From Minisyncoccota bacterium (lineage in GTDB: Bacteria; Patescibacteriota; Minisyncoccia; UBA6257; UBA9933), in contig JAZGAA010000006.1 of the NCBI GenBank assembly GCA_036444215.1, positions 1 to 59,942 of the forward strand: a stretch of DNA of 59,942 nt, read 5' to 3'. The notes below the pieces were generated by a model. That model was not told the DNA's origin, made no database searches, and saw only the letters and a list, made by a program, of their open reading frames with translations. Positions 18,161 to 26,305 of this stretch are shown here, in pieces; within the stretch, counting starts at the first letter, position 1, and each line of letters opens with the position of its first letter. A program made the position numbers and the translations under genes.

Positions 18161-18955
18161 ATGCTAATTGATACTCATTGTCATCTTGATTTTAAGGATT
18201 TTGATGAAGACAGAGATGATGTAATTAAGCGTGCCTACGACGCCGGAGTTCAAAAAATAATCAACGTTGGCTGCGATTTAGAACGGTCAAAAAGTTCAGT
18301 TGCTTTGGCGGATAAATATAATTATATTTACGCGTCCGTCGGCTTGCATCCACAAGAAGCAAATAATACTGACGAAAAAATCTTCAGCGAAATAGAAGAA
18401 TTAGCTAAACATCCCAAAACAGTGGCAATCGGAGAGTGTGGATTGGAATACAGCGGTCCAGCTAGCCATAATTTAAATAAAGAAAAACAAAAAGAAGTTT
18501 TTTTACGTCATTTGGAATTAAGCCAACAAATCCAAAAACCCGTTATTATTCACTGCCGTTCGGCTTATGAGGATTTGATTGAAATCCTAAAAACAAATAG
18601 CAGTTGTGGAGTTGTTCATTTCTTTAGCGGTAAGTTAGCTCAAGTAAAACAACTTTTAGATTTAAGATTCTTAATATCTTTCACCGGCGTAATTACATTT
18701 AGCCGTGATTATGACAGGGTTATTCAATCTATTCCTTTAGACAGAATTTTGATTGAAACTGACGCGCCTTTTGTTGCGCCTGTTCCGTATCGTGGCACCC
18801 CACTGGAAAGCCCTCGGCTTCCAACGGGACAAGCAAGAAACGAACCAGCTTATGTAATTGAAATAGCCAAAAAAATCGCTGAAATCAAGAATATATCTTT
18901 TGAAAAAATAGCTGAACAAACCGCTAAAAACGCCATTAAACTTTTCTCAATATAG
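18161..18955 (+). CDS. tatD: TatD family metal-dependent hydrolase/DNase
   Basis: IDTHCHLD, GECGLEY, IHCR, ETDAPF and NEPAYV motifs. Has an in-frame GC-rich insert at 18797-18836. Confidence 0.9.
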   Translation: MLIDTHCHLDFKDFDEDRDDVIKRAYDAGVQKIINVGCDLERSKSSVALADKYNYIYASVGLHPQEANNTDEKIFSEIEELAKHPKTVAIGECGLEYSGPASHNLNKEKQKEVFLRHLELSQQIQKPVIIHCRSAYEDLIEILKTNSSCGVVHFFSGKLAQVKQLLDLRFLISFTGVITFSRDYDRVIQSIPLDRILIETDAPFVAPVPYRGTPLESPRLPTGQARNEPAYVIEIAKKIAEIKNISFEKIAEQTAKNAIKLFSI

Positions 18956-18971
18956 TTGTATAATTATATTA

Positions 18972-19313
18972 ATGGCTACTGCTTTTATTTATTTATTCAA
19001 CCGTTTTGTTTATCGAATTACCGAGTTTTTTCGGCACTGGTATATTAAAAGCTTTTTTATTTATAGCCATTTTGTTGTTTCTCAATTAGAAAAACTTGAC
19101 CGAATTCTCGCCTTTAAGATTACTTTACGGTATCTTTTCAGGCCCCTTTATCAGGACTACAGCTTTCTCGGCTATGTTTTGGGTTTTATTTTCAGGGTCG
19201 CTAGATTAATTTTTGGCGGAATTATTTACGCTGTTGTTTTTGTGATAGCAGTGGCTATCTATTTAATATGGCTATTAGTTCCGGTTTATGTTGTTTATAA
19301 AATAGTTATATAA
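18972..19313 (+). CDS. hypothetical small membrane protein
   Basis: 113 aa with C-terminal TM helices. Confidence 0.4.
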   Translation: MATAFIYLFNRFVYRITEFFRHWYIKSFFIYSHFVVSQLEKLDRILAFKITLRYLFRPLYQDYSFLGYVLGFIFRVARLIFGGIIYAVVFVIAVAIYLIWLLVPVYVVYKIVI

Positions 19314-19365
19314 AGCAATCAGGAACTAGTAAAGTTACTATTTACTGATTACTATTTACTAATAA

Positions 19366-21927
19366 ATGGATTACAATTTTTATTTTAAAGAACCAAGATT
19401 AGAAATGGCAGCTCCCACCCGTTTTTTAGTGCGTCTGATTTCTTACTGTTTTTATGCGATTTTGGCAGCAGCAGCAGCAACTTTTTTACTGTCCGATATT
19501 AAATTGCTTTTTTGGCTGGGTATTTTATTGTTTTTGTTTTTAATTGACCGGTTAATTCATTTTAGTCAGGCCGAAAGGTCATTGGTTGGTTTGTTGCGTC
19601 GTTTGCCGCGGCCCTCGCGCCGGGATTTGGGAAAAGCAAAAAAGGCGCCGCAATCAACCCATATTAACATAGCCGGTTATTTAACGCCAAGCAGTTTAAG
19701 TATTTTAGAAAGAGCTTTTAGTAAAAGTTTAATACTTGACGGCGATTTTCATCTTTATTTACTAAGGTTTTTATTTGAGCGCAAGGAAATTCAGGAAGGG
19801 CTTTTGCGAATGGATATTTCATTAAAAGAATTTAAACAAAGAATTGAAGAGCAGATAAATAAATCTTCGGGCACGGTTGTTAAAAATAAATCAGAAACGC
19901 TTGGAATGGTTGAATCTTTAGTAAGGAAATCTTTTGAACTCGCTTTAGCCAATAAAAGTCGTTTTATTGAACCGCCGGAGATATTTTCGGCCTTAGCTCT
20001 TGTTAATGACGAGAAAATCAACCGACTTTTTAATTTATTTTCTATTAACCCGGGCGATTTGGAAAAGGCCTTAATTTTTAGCCGTTTTCAGAGGCGTTTT
20101 GCCGGATTAAGACGTCTGCCAATAACTTTGGGCGGGTTTATTGCCAAGCCTTACAGTCGAGTCAGACATCGGGTAATGAATCGGGCTTGGACAGCCAGGC
20201 CTACACCGCTCCTTGATGATTTTAGTATTGATTTTACTGATTTAGCCAGAAGAGAAAAAATTGGTTTTTTAATTGGCCATCAGCAGGGATATGACCGTTT
20301 GGTTAATATTCTGGCGCGGTTGACCAAACCCAACGCTTTATTAATCGGAGAGCCGGGCAGCGGAAAAGAAACTATAGTAACTCACTTGGCTTTTAATTTA
20401 ATCAAAGATGAAGTGCCGGACAGGCTTTTTGACAAGAGATTAGTGGCTTTGCGTATAGGCGATTTAGTTTCCGGCGCTTCTCCTGAAGAGGTGTCAAAAC
20501 GGCTTAATAGGATGGTTGAAGAAATTACGGCCGCCGGCAATATAATTCTTTATATTCCAGACATTCATAATTTAGTAAAAACTTCCGGTGAGGGATATTT
20601 AAGCGCGGCTGATATTTTGATGCCGATAATCAGAAACGATATTTTTCCTGTTATCGGCGATACTTTTCCCAGGGAACATAAACAACTTATTGAAACCCAA
20701 AGCGACTTTGCCCACGCTTTTGAACTTATTAGAGTTGAAGAGGTTAGCGAAGATGAAGCTATCAGAATTCTTACTTACAGCAGCATTATTTTAGAGAAAC
20801 AATATAAACTTATTGTCAGTTTTGGAGCTGTCAAACAATCGGTAATTTTGGCTCATAAATATTTCCGTCATAAACTTTTACCTTCCAGCGCCGAAGATTT
20901 ACTTAAAGAGGCCCTGGCCGACGCCAACCAGAAAAAGGAGAAAGTTTTAAGCGCCGATATGGTCATAACAATTGCCGAACGCAAGACAAATATTCCTATT
21001 CATCGGGCTGGCAAAGAAGAAGCGGAGAAGTTGTTGAATCTTGAAGAAATTATTCACCAGCGATTAATTAACCAGAACGAAGCGGTTAAAGCAGTTTCCC
21101 GGGCACTCAGAGAATATCGCAGCGGCTTAAGCCGAAAAGGCGGACCGATTTCCACTTTTTTATTTGTCGGTCCGACCGGTGTTGGTAAAACCGAATTATC
21201 AAAAATTTTATCCAGTATTCAGTTTGGCTCAGAAGATTTAATGGTCAGGTTTGATATGTCAGAGTATCAGACCAAGCAGAGTATTTTTAGGTTTATCGGT
21301 TCAGCGGACGGGAAAATCGCCGGTACTTTAACCGAAGCCATTATCCAGAAACCATACAGTTTGATTTTATTGGATGAATTTGAAAAAGCCCACCCGAACA
21401 TTTTGAATTTATTCTTGCAGGTTTTTGATGACGGCCGGTTAACTGACAGCTTGGGTAGAACCGTTGATTTTCAGAATACGATTATTATCGCCACTTCCAA
21501 TGCTCATTCTGATTTTATTAAGACGCAAATTGAAGCTGGCGAAAATATTGAGGAAATTGCCAAAGAATTAAAGAAAAAATTAACCGATTATTTCCGTCCG
21601 GAACTGCTCAACCGTTTTTCTTCGGTAATTGTTTTTAAAAATCTTTCTAGGGATGATATTAAGGCAATTGCCCAGCTTAAGCTTAAGGGCTTGGCAAGAA
21701 CCGTTGAAGAAACTCAGGGAATTAGTTTGGTTTTTGATGTGGCAGCAGTTAATAGAATCGCAGAGCTTGGCTATGACCCGGTTTTCGGAGCCAGGCCCTT
21801 GCGAGGCGTTATTTCTGATAAATTGCGCAGTGTTTTAGCGGAAAAAATATTAAAAGGAGAGATAACAAAGGGTAGTACTATTAAGATAGCATTCGAGGAT
21901 AGCGAGATAAAATTTATTATCGCATGA
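19366..21927 (+). CDS. membrane-anchored Clp/Hsp100-like AAA+ protein (ClpC/ClpB-related) with a degenerate first ATPase module
   Basis: Two N-terminal TM helices and Clp_N-like repeats. D1 reads GEPGSGKE / ILYIPDIH where Walker A/B are expected. D2 is canonical: GPTGVGKTE, LLDEFEKAH, ATSNA. Confidence 0.8.
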   Translation: MDYNFYFKEPRLEMAAPTRFLVRLISYCFYAILAAAAATFLLSDIKLLFWLGILLFLFLIDRLIHFSQAERSLVGLLRRLPRPSRRDLGKAKKAPQSTHINIAGYLTPSSLSILERAFSKSLILDGDFHLYLLRFLFERKEIQEGLLRMDISLKEFKQRIEEQINKSSGTVVKNKSETLGMVESLVRKSFELALANKSRFIEPPEIFSALALVNDEKINRLFNLFSINPGDLEKALIFSRFQRRFAGLRRLPITLGGFIAKPYSRVRHRVMNRAWTARPTPLLDDFSIDFTDLARREKIGFLIGHQQGYDRLVNILARLTKPNALLIGEPGSGKETIVTHLAFNLIKDEVPDRLFDKRLVALRIGDLVSGASPEEVSKRLNRMVEEITAAGNIILYIPDIHNLVKTSGEGYLSAADILMPIIRNDIFPVIGDTFPREHKQLIETQSDFAHAFELIRVEEVSEDEAIRILTYSSIILEKQYKLIVSFGAVKQSVILAHKYFRHKLLPSSAEDLLKEALADANQKKEKVLSADMVITIAERKTNIPIHRAGKEEAEKLLNLEEIIHQRLINQNEAVKAVSRALREYRSGLSRKGGPISTFLFVGPTGVGKTELSKILSSIQFGSEDLMVRFDMSEYQTKQSIFRFIGSADGKIAGTLTEAIIQKPYSLILLDEFEKAHPNILNLFLQVFDDGRLTDSLGRTVDFQNTIIIATSNAHSDFIKTQIEAGENIEEIAKELKKKLTDYFRPELLNRFSSVIVFKNLSRDDIKAIAQLKLKGLARTVEETQGISLVFDVAAVNRIAELGYDPVFGARPLRGVISDKLRSVLAEKILKGEITKGSTIKIAFEDSEIKFIIA

Positions 21928-23660
21928 TTAATCAGGAAATCGCTAAAATTTTTTATGAAATTGCCCAATATTTGGAAATGGATGAAGTTGCTTTTAAGCC
22001 GCAGGCGTATGAAAAAGCAGCGCTGAATTTGGAAACTCTATCAGATGATGTTGAAGAAATTTATAAAAAAGGCGGTGTTGCAGCGTTGGAAAAAATTTCC
22101 GGTATAGGCAAGGCATTAGCAAAAAAAATCGTTGAGTATATAAAAACAGGGAAAATCAAAACACTCAAAAAACTCAAAAAGAAAACACCTGTAAATATTG
22201 AAGAATTAACAGCAGTTGAAGGATTAGGGGTTAAAAGAATCAAAATTTTATATAAAAAACTTGGAATAAAAAATTTAAAGGACTTAGAAAAAGCGGCAAA
22301 TAAAAATAAAATTTCTCCTTTAGCCGGTTTTGGCGAGAAAACAGAAAATAATATTTTAGATGGCATAAAATTTTTAAAAAGAAACAAAGGAAGATTTCTT
22401 TTGGGCGAAATTTTGCCTAACGTTTACAAGATTATTAATGAATTAAAAAAAGTAAAAGAAGTTAAAAAAATCTCTGAAGCCGGTTCAGTGAGGCGCAGAA
22501 AAGAAACTATTGGCGATGTTGATATTTTAATTGCCAGTCATAAACCTAAAAAAGTAATTAATTATTTTGTGTCTATGCCAGGCGTTGTTAGGGTTTGGAG
22601 TAAAGGGCCAACTAAGGCGTCTGTGCGTTTGAAAAAAGGATTTGACGCTGATTTAAGGGTTTTACCCGAGAAACAATTCGGTTCAGCTTTGCAATATTTT
22701 ACCGGCTCAAAAGAGCATAATATTGTTTTGAGAAAAATCGCCATTAATAAAGGTTTTAAACTTAATGAATATGGTTTGTTTAAAGGAAAAAAAATGATTG
22801 CTGGAAAAACCGAAGAAGAAATTTATAAAAAATTAGGAATGTCTTATATAGAGCCGGAATTACGCGAAAATCAAGGCGAAATTGAACTTGCCCTGAGTTC
22901 GCCGAAGGGGTTGCCAAAACTAATTAAACTAAATAATATTAAAGGCGACTTTCATTGTCATTCGCACTGGGGCGCTGGCAAAGGTAAACAAGGAATTGAA
23001 AATTTAGTTAAAACAGCTTTTGAGATTGGCTATAAATATATTGGTATAGCTGACCACACCAAGTTTTTGGCAATTGAACACGGTTTAAACGAAAAACAAT
23101 TAGCCCAACAGAGGAAATATATTAATAAATTAAATTCTAGATTCCAGATTCTAAATTCTAGATTCTCTATATTACAAGGTTGTGAGGCCAATATAATGGC
23201 GGACGGCTCAATAGACATAAAAGACGAAGTATTGGCTAAATTAGATTTTGTTATTGCCGGAGTTCATTCTCAGCTTAAAATGCCTAAAGAAAAAATGACT
23301 GAAAGAATTATTAAGGCAATGAGAAATCCTAATGTTGATATAATTTCTCATCTTACAGGAAGGGTTATTCAGCATCGTGATGAATGCGAAATTGATTTTG
23401 ATAAAATATTAAAAGTCGCCAAAGAAACAGGCACGATTTTAGAAATTAACGCTTATCCTGTGCGTCTTGATTTAAAAGACATAAATATCAGAAAAGCCAA
23501 AGAAATGGGCGTAAAGATGATTATTAACACGGACGCTCATCAGTCAGAACAGATGTATTTTATGGATTACGGAGTCAGTCAAGCCCGCCGCGGCTGGGCA
23601 GAGAAAAAGGATATTGTTAATTGTTTGCCAGTGGAAAAATTATTAAAAATGTTAAAATAG
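21924..23660 (+). CDS. polX: DNA polymerase X family protein with C-terminal PHP domain
   Basis: HhH motifs (ISGIGKALAKKI, VEGLGVKRI), GSVRRRKETIGDVDIL nucleotidyltransferase motif, PHP motifs GDFHCHS and NTDAH. Confidence 0.88.
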   Translation: MINQEIAKIFYEIAQYLEMDEVAFKPQAYEKAALNLETLSDDVEEIYKKGGVAALEKISGIGKALAKKIVEYIKTGKIKTLKKLKKKTPVNIEELTAVEGLGVKRIKILYKKLGIKNLKDLEKAANKNKISPLAGFGEKTENNILDGIKFLKRNKGRFLLGEILPNVYKIINELKKVKEVKKISEAGSVRRRKETIGDVDILIASHKPKKVINYFVSMPGVVRVWSKGPTKASVRLKKGFDADLRVLPEKQFGSALQYFTGSKEHNIVLRKIAINKGFKLNEYGLFKGKKMIAGKTEEEIYKKLGMSYIEPELRENQGEIELALSSPKGLPKLIKLNNIKGDFHCHSHWGAGKGKQGIENLVKTAFEIGYKYIGIADHTKFLAIEHGLNEKQLAQQRKYINKLNSRFQILNSRFSILQGCEANIMADGSIDIKDEVLAKLDFVIAGVHSQLKMPKEKMTERIIKAMRNPNVDIISHLTGRVIQHRDECEIDFDKILKVAKETGTILEINAYPVRLDLKDINIRKAKEMGVKMIINTDAHQSEQMYFMDYGVSQARRGWAEKKDIVNCLPVEKLLKMLK

Positions 23661-23664
23661 ATTT

Positions 23665-24105
23665 ATGCGTGAGATTTCAGCTGGAATAATTATATACAGG
23701 AGGACTAACGAATGCCCTAAATTTTTACTCGTTTATCATGGCGGGGGATATTGGAATTTTCCCAAAGGTAAAATTGAGTCCGAGGAAAAAAGCTGGCAGA
23801 CAGCTGTTCGGGAAATAAGAGAAGAAGTTGGACTAAAATTAAAAGACCTTAAATTTAAGAAAAACTTTAAAGCGCACGAACGTTTTGTTTTTCAGCGCAA
23901 AGGAAAGAAAGTATTTAAGATAGTAATTTTTTACTTAGCTGAGACCCGCCAGGCGCAGATAAGACTTGATTATAAGCACAATGGTTATTGTTGGATTACT
24001 TATAAAGAAGCAATGAAGGTTTTGGGTAAATATAAAGACAGTCAAAAAGTTTTATCTCAAGCAAATGACTTTCTTCGCCAAAAAAGTATTAAAAGTAGTC
24101 GCTAA
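23665..24105 (+). CDS. NUDIX hydrolase (Ap4A hydrolase-like)
   Basis: Nudix box GKIESEEKSWQTAVREIREEVGL. Confidence 0.85.
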   Translation: MREISAGIIIYRRTNECPKFLLVYHGGGYWNFPKGKIESEEKSWQTAVREIREEVGLKLKDLKFKKNFKAHERFVFQRKGKKVFKIVIFYLAETRQAQIRLDYKHNGYCWITYKEAMKVLGKYKDSQKVLSQANDFLRQKSIKSSR

Positions 24106-24316
24106 AATTCCCCGAGGAAAAACTCTTAGTTATAAAGAGGTAGCTCGTCGTGCTGGTAGGCCTACGGCTTGGAGAGCGGTGGGGAATATTTTGAATAAAA
24201 ATCAAAATCCTAAAATCTCTTGCCACAGGGTAATTAAATCAAGCGGTGAAGTTGGAGGATACAATAAAGGAAATAAAGAAAAATTAAAACGCCTTCAGAA
24301 AGAAGGCGTTTTTTAG
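24065..24316 (+). CDS. MGMT-family DNA-binding domain protein (methylated-DNA-protein-cysteine methyltransferase C-terminal domain)
   Basis: IPRGKTLSYKEVA...SCHRVIKSSGEVGGY, a variant of the PCHRV active-site motif. 83 aa. Confidence 0.75.
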   Translation: MTFFAKKVLKVVAKIPRGKTLSYKEVARRAGRPTAWRAVGNILNKNQNPKISCHRVIKSSGEVGGYNKGNKEKLKRLQKEGVF

Positions 24317-24320
24317 GAAT

Positions 24321-24665
24321 TTACTTCACTTTTTCAACAATCTTTTCAAACACTTTTGGTTCATTTTTTGCCAAGTCAGCGAGAACTTTTCTATCAAGAA
24401 TAATGTTTTGTTTTTTTAGTCCGAAAATAAATTTACTATATGACAATCCTTTTTCTCTTACAGCGGCGTTTAACTGGGTTTGCCAAAGCCGACGAAAATT
24501 CCGCTTTTTTTCTTTCCGTCCTCGAAAAGCATGAGTCCAGGCATGAAGTAGGGCTTCTTTAGCTGCTCTTTCTTTTGATTTCCTGCCCCACTTATAACCT
24601 TTGGTATATTTTAATATTTTTTCACGCTTTTTATGCGCTATTTTTCCTCTTTTTACTCTACTCAT
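24321..24665 (-). CDS. rplT: 50S ribosomal protein L20
   Basis: MSRVKRGKIAHKKREKILK...GRK N-terminus. Part of the infC-rpmI-rplT operon. Confidence 0.95.
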   Translation of the reverse strand: MSRVKRGKIAHKKREKILKYTKGYKWGRKSKERAAKEALLHAWTHAFRGRKEKKRNFRRLWQTQLNAAVREKGLSYSKFIFGLKKQNIILDRKVLADLAKNEPKVFEKIVEKVK

Positions 24666-24832
24666 AGATATTTTTTAATAAGTTTTTTACTGGCATCAAG
24701 ACCGCGATTCCCCTTTTTTCGTTTGAGCTGGACACTTCTTTTTTTGGCGCGAAAATGGCACTGGCCCATTGTTCGCCTTATAATTTTTCCTGTTTTTGTG
24801 ATTTTGATTCGATTTGAAATACTTTTTTTCAT
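24662..24832 (-). CDS. rpmI: 50S ribosomal protein L35 (not in the ORF track, 56 aa)
   Basis: My translation is MKKSISNRIKITKTGKIIRRTMGQCHFRAKKRSVQLKRKKGNRGLDASKKLIKKYL. ATGA overlap with rplT. Confidence 0.85.
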   Translation of the reverse strand: MKKSISNRIKITKTGKIIRRTMGQCHFRAKKRSVQLKRKKGNRGLDASKKLIKKYL

Positions 24833-24856
24833 AATTCATTATTCTTGATTCATTAT

Positions 24857-25411
24857 TCATTTTTTAGCTATCTGCACTACCAACCCTCTGCCAATAAACT
24901 TCGGCTCCATAATAATTTTGTATTCAACTGTTATAATCTTTAAGAATTCATCCAGTTTTTGGCGAGCCCAGCTTCTATTATATTTTTCTCTGCCTCTTAA
25001 CCAGAGCATTATCTCAACTTTATGCCCTTCATCCAAGAATTTTTCCAATTTTTTTACTTTTGTTTGTAAATCATTCAGGGCGGCCCTTGCGCTGATGCGG
25101 ATTTGTTTTAATTCACCTACTTTTTGAGCTGTTTTCTGCTTTTTTAACTCTTTTTCTTTCTGGTATCTGAATTTATCAAAACTTATTATTTTGGCAACAG
25201 GCGGTTTGGCAGTCGGAGCGATTTCTATTAAGTCCAACCCTTTTTCTTGAGCCAATTTTAATGCCGCCTCTCGCGGCATTATATCCAGATTATTTCCGAT
25301 TTCATCAATAACTCTTAATTCTTGGGCAATTATTTGGTCATTAACACGATTCTTTGGTTTGCTGAATCGGTCGTTTTTCTTAAATCTGCCCCTAATTCGT
25401 TTTTTTATCAT
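24857..25411 (-). CDS. infC: translation initiation factor IF-3
   Basis: INDQIIAQELRVIDEIGNNL plus conserved C-terminal domain. Operon position upstream of rpmI-rplT. Confidence 0.92.
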   Translation of the reverse strand: MIKKRIRGRFKKNDRFSKPKNRVNDQIIAQELRVIDEIGNNLDIMPREAALKLAQEKGLDLIEIAPTAKPPVAKIISFDKFRYQKEKELKKQKTAQKVGELKQIRISARAALNDLQTKVKKLEKFLDEGHKVEIMLWLRGREKYNRSWARQKLDEFLKIITVEYKIIMEPKFIGRGLVVQIAKK

Positions 25412-25430
25412 TTATTGTTATTTAAGTTAG

Positions 25431-25775
25431 TGGAGATGGGGGTATTGAAACCCCGTCCAAAGATTGTCCAAAAAAATTTCTACAAGCTTAGCCTAATTAG
25501 AATTAAGAATTAAGAAGTATGAATTAAGCAAAACCCTCTTAATCCTTTGCCGAAAGTGTTCTCACTAAAATTGGCAATTTAAGCGAGTAAGCTCAAAATA
25601 TTACACCCAGTTCTTCAACTTGAGCAATTAAAGGTGGATGCTGCTTTAAGCAAAAGCTAAAGCAGGTGCTAATCTGTTTTTTGCAGATATAGTTTAACTC
25701 GGTGATTTGCGAGGTAACGAGTCATCCTCGGCTTGCAATTTTTTTAAAAGATCTCCGTCGAAGCCTTACATCCCC
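25431..25775 (-). ncRNA. ssrA: tmRNA (SsrA), one-piece
   Basis: 5' GGGGATGTAAGGCTTCGACGG pairs with 3' ...GGACGGGGTTTCAATACCCCCATCTCCA, including a G3:U pair. Tag ORF GCAAAAAACAGATTAGCACCTGCTTTAGCTTTTGCTTAA encodes AKNRLAPALAFA* (25646-25684). Lies directly downstream of smpB. Confidence 0.88.
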
Positions 25776-25854
25776 GCGAATTTTTCCTACGAGTAAAGCG
25801 AGTAGTTGAAAAATTCAGCGCCTCGCCGAATCCGCCTACGGCGGAGAAGGCGGG

Positions 25855-26292
25855 CTACTTAATTATTTTTCTAATCTCTCGTTCTACTTCTCGTTTTTTT
25901 ATCAATTCTCGCTTATCTCTCTTTTTTCGGCTCTTTGCCAATCCAATTTCTATCTTAATTCTGCGATTCTTAGTATAAACCTTTAGAGGCACCAAAGTCA
26001 ATCCTTTTTCCTGGGTCCTGCCGATTAGATTTTTAATCTCAGATGTTTGAAGCAGCAGCCGGCGGGTCCTTTTGGAATCATAATCTTCGGGCATATTCTT
26101 TGGTTGATAAGGAGGTATGTCTGCATTAAGAAGCCAGGCCTGATTATCCCGGATAACAGCATAAGACCCGGCAAGATTTATTCTGCCGGTTTTTATGGAC
26201 TTAACTTCAAATCCTTTTAATTCAATCCCTGCCTCAAGCGTTTCTAAAATTTGATAGTCAAAATATGCGCGTTTATTGGTAGTAATAGCCAT
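25855..26292 (-). CDS. smpB: SsrA-binding protein SmpB
   Basis: NKRAYFDYQILETLEAGIELKGFEVKS and basic C-terminal tail. Confidence 0.95.
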   Translation of the reverse strand: MAITTNKRAYFDYQILETLEAGIELKGFEVKSIKTGRINLAGSYAVIRDNQAWLLNADIPPYQPKNMPEDYDSKRTRRLLLQTSEIKNLIGRTQEKGLTLVPLKVYTKNRRIKIEIGLAKSRKKRDKRELIKKREVEREIRKIIK

Positions 26293-26305
26293 TGTTTTTA
26301 GTATA

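Noticed and set aside
25497-25530. GAATTAAG word run (attagaattaagaattaagaagtatgaattaagc) as a separate repeat feature
   Set aside because: It lies inside the tmRNA gene (3' pseudoknot region). I could not decide by eye whether it is an insert or normal tmRNA sequence, so it is not reported as a finding.
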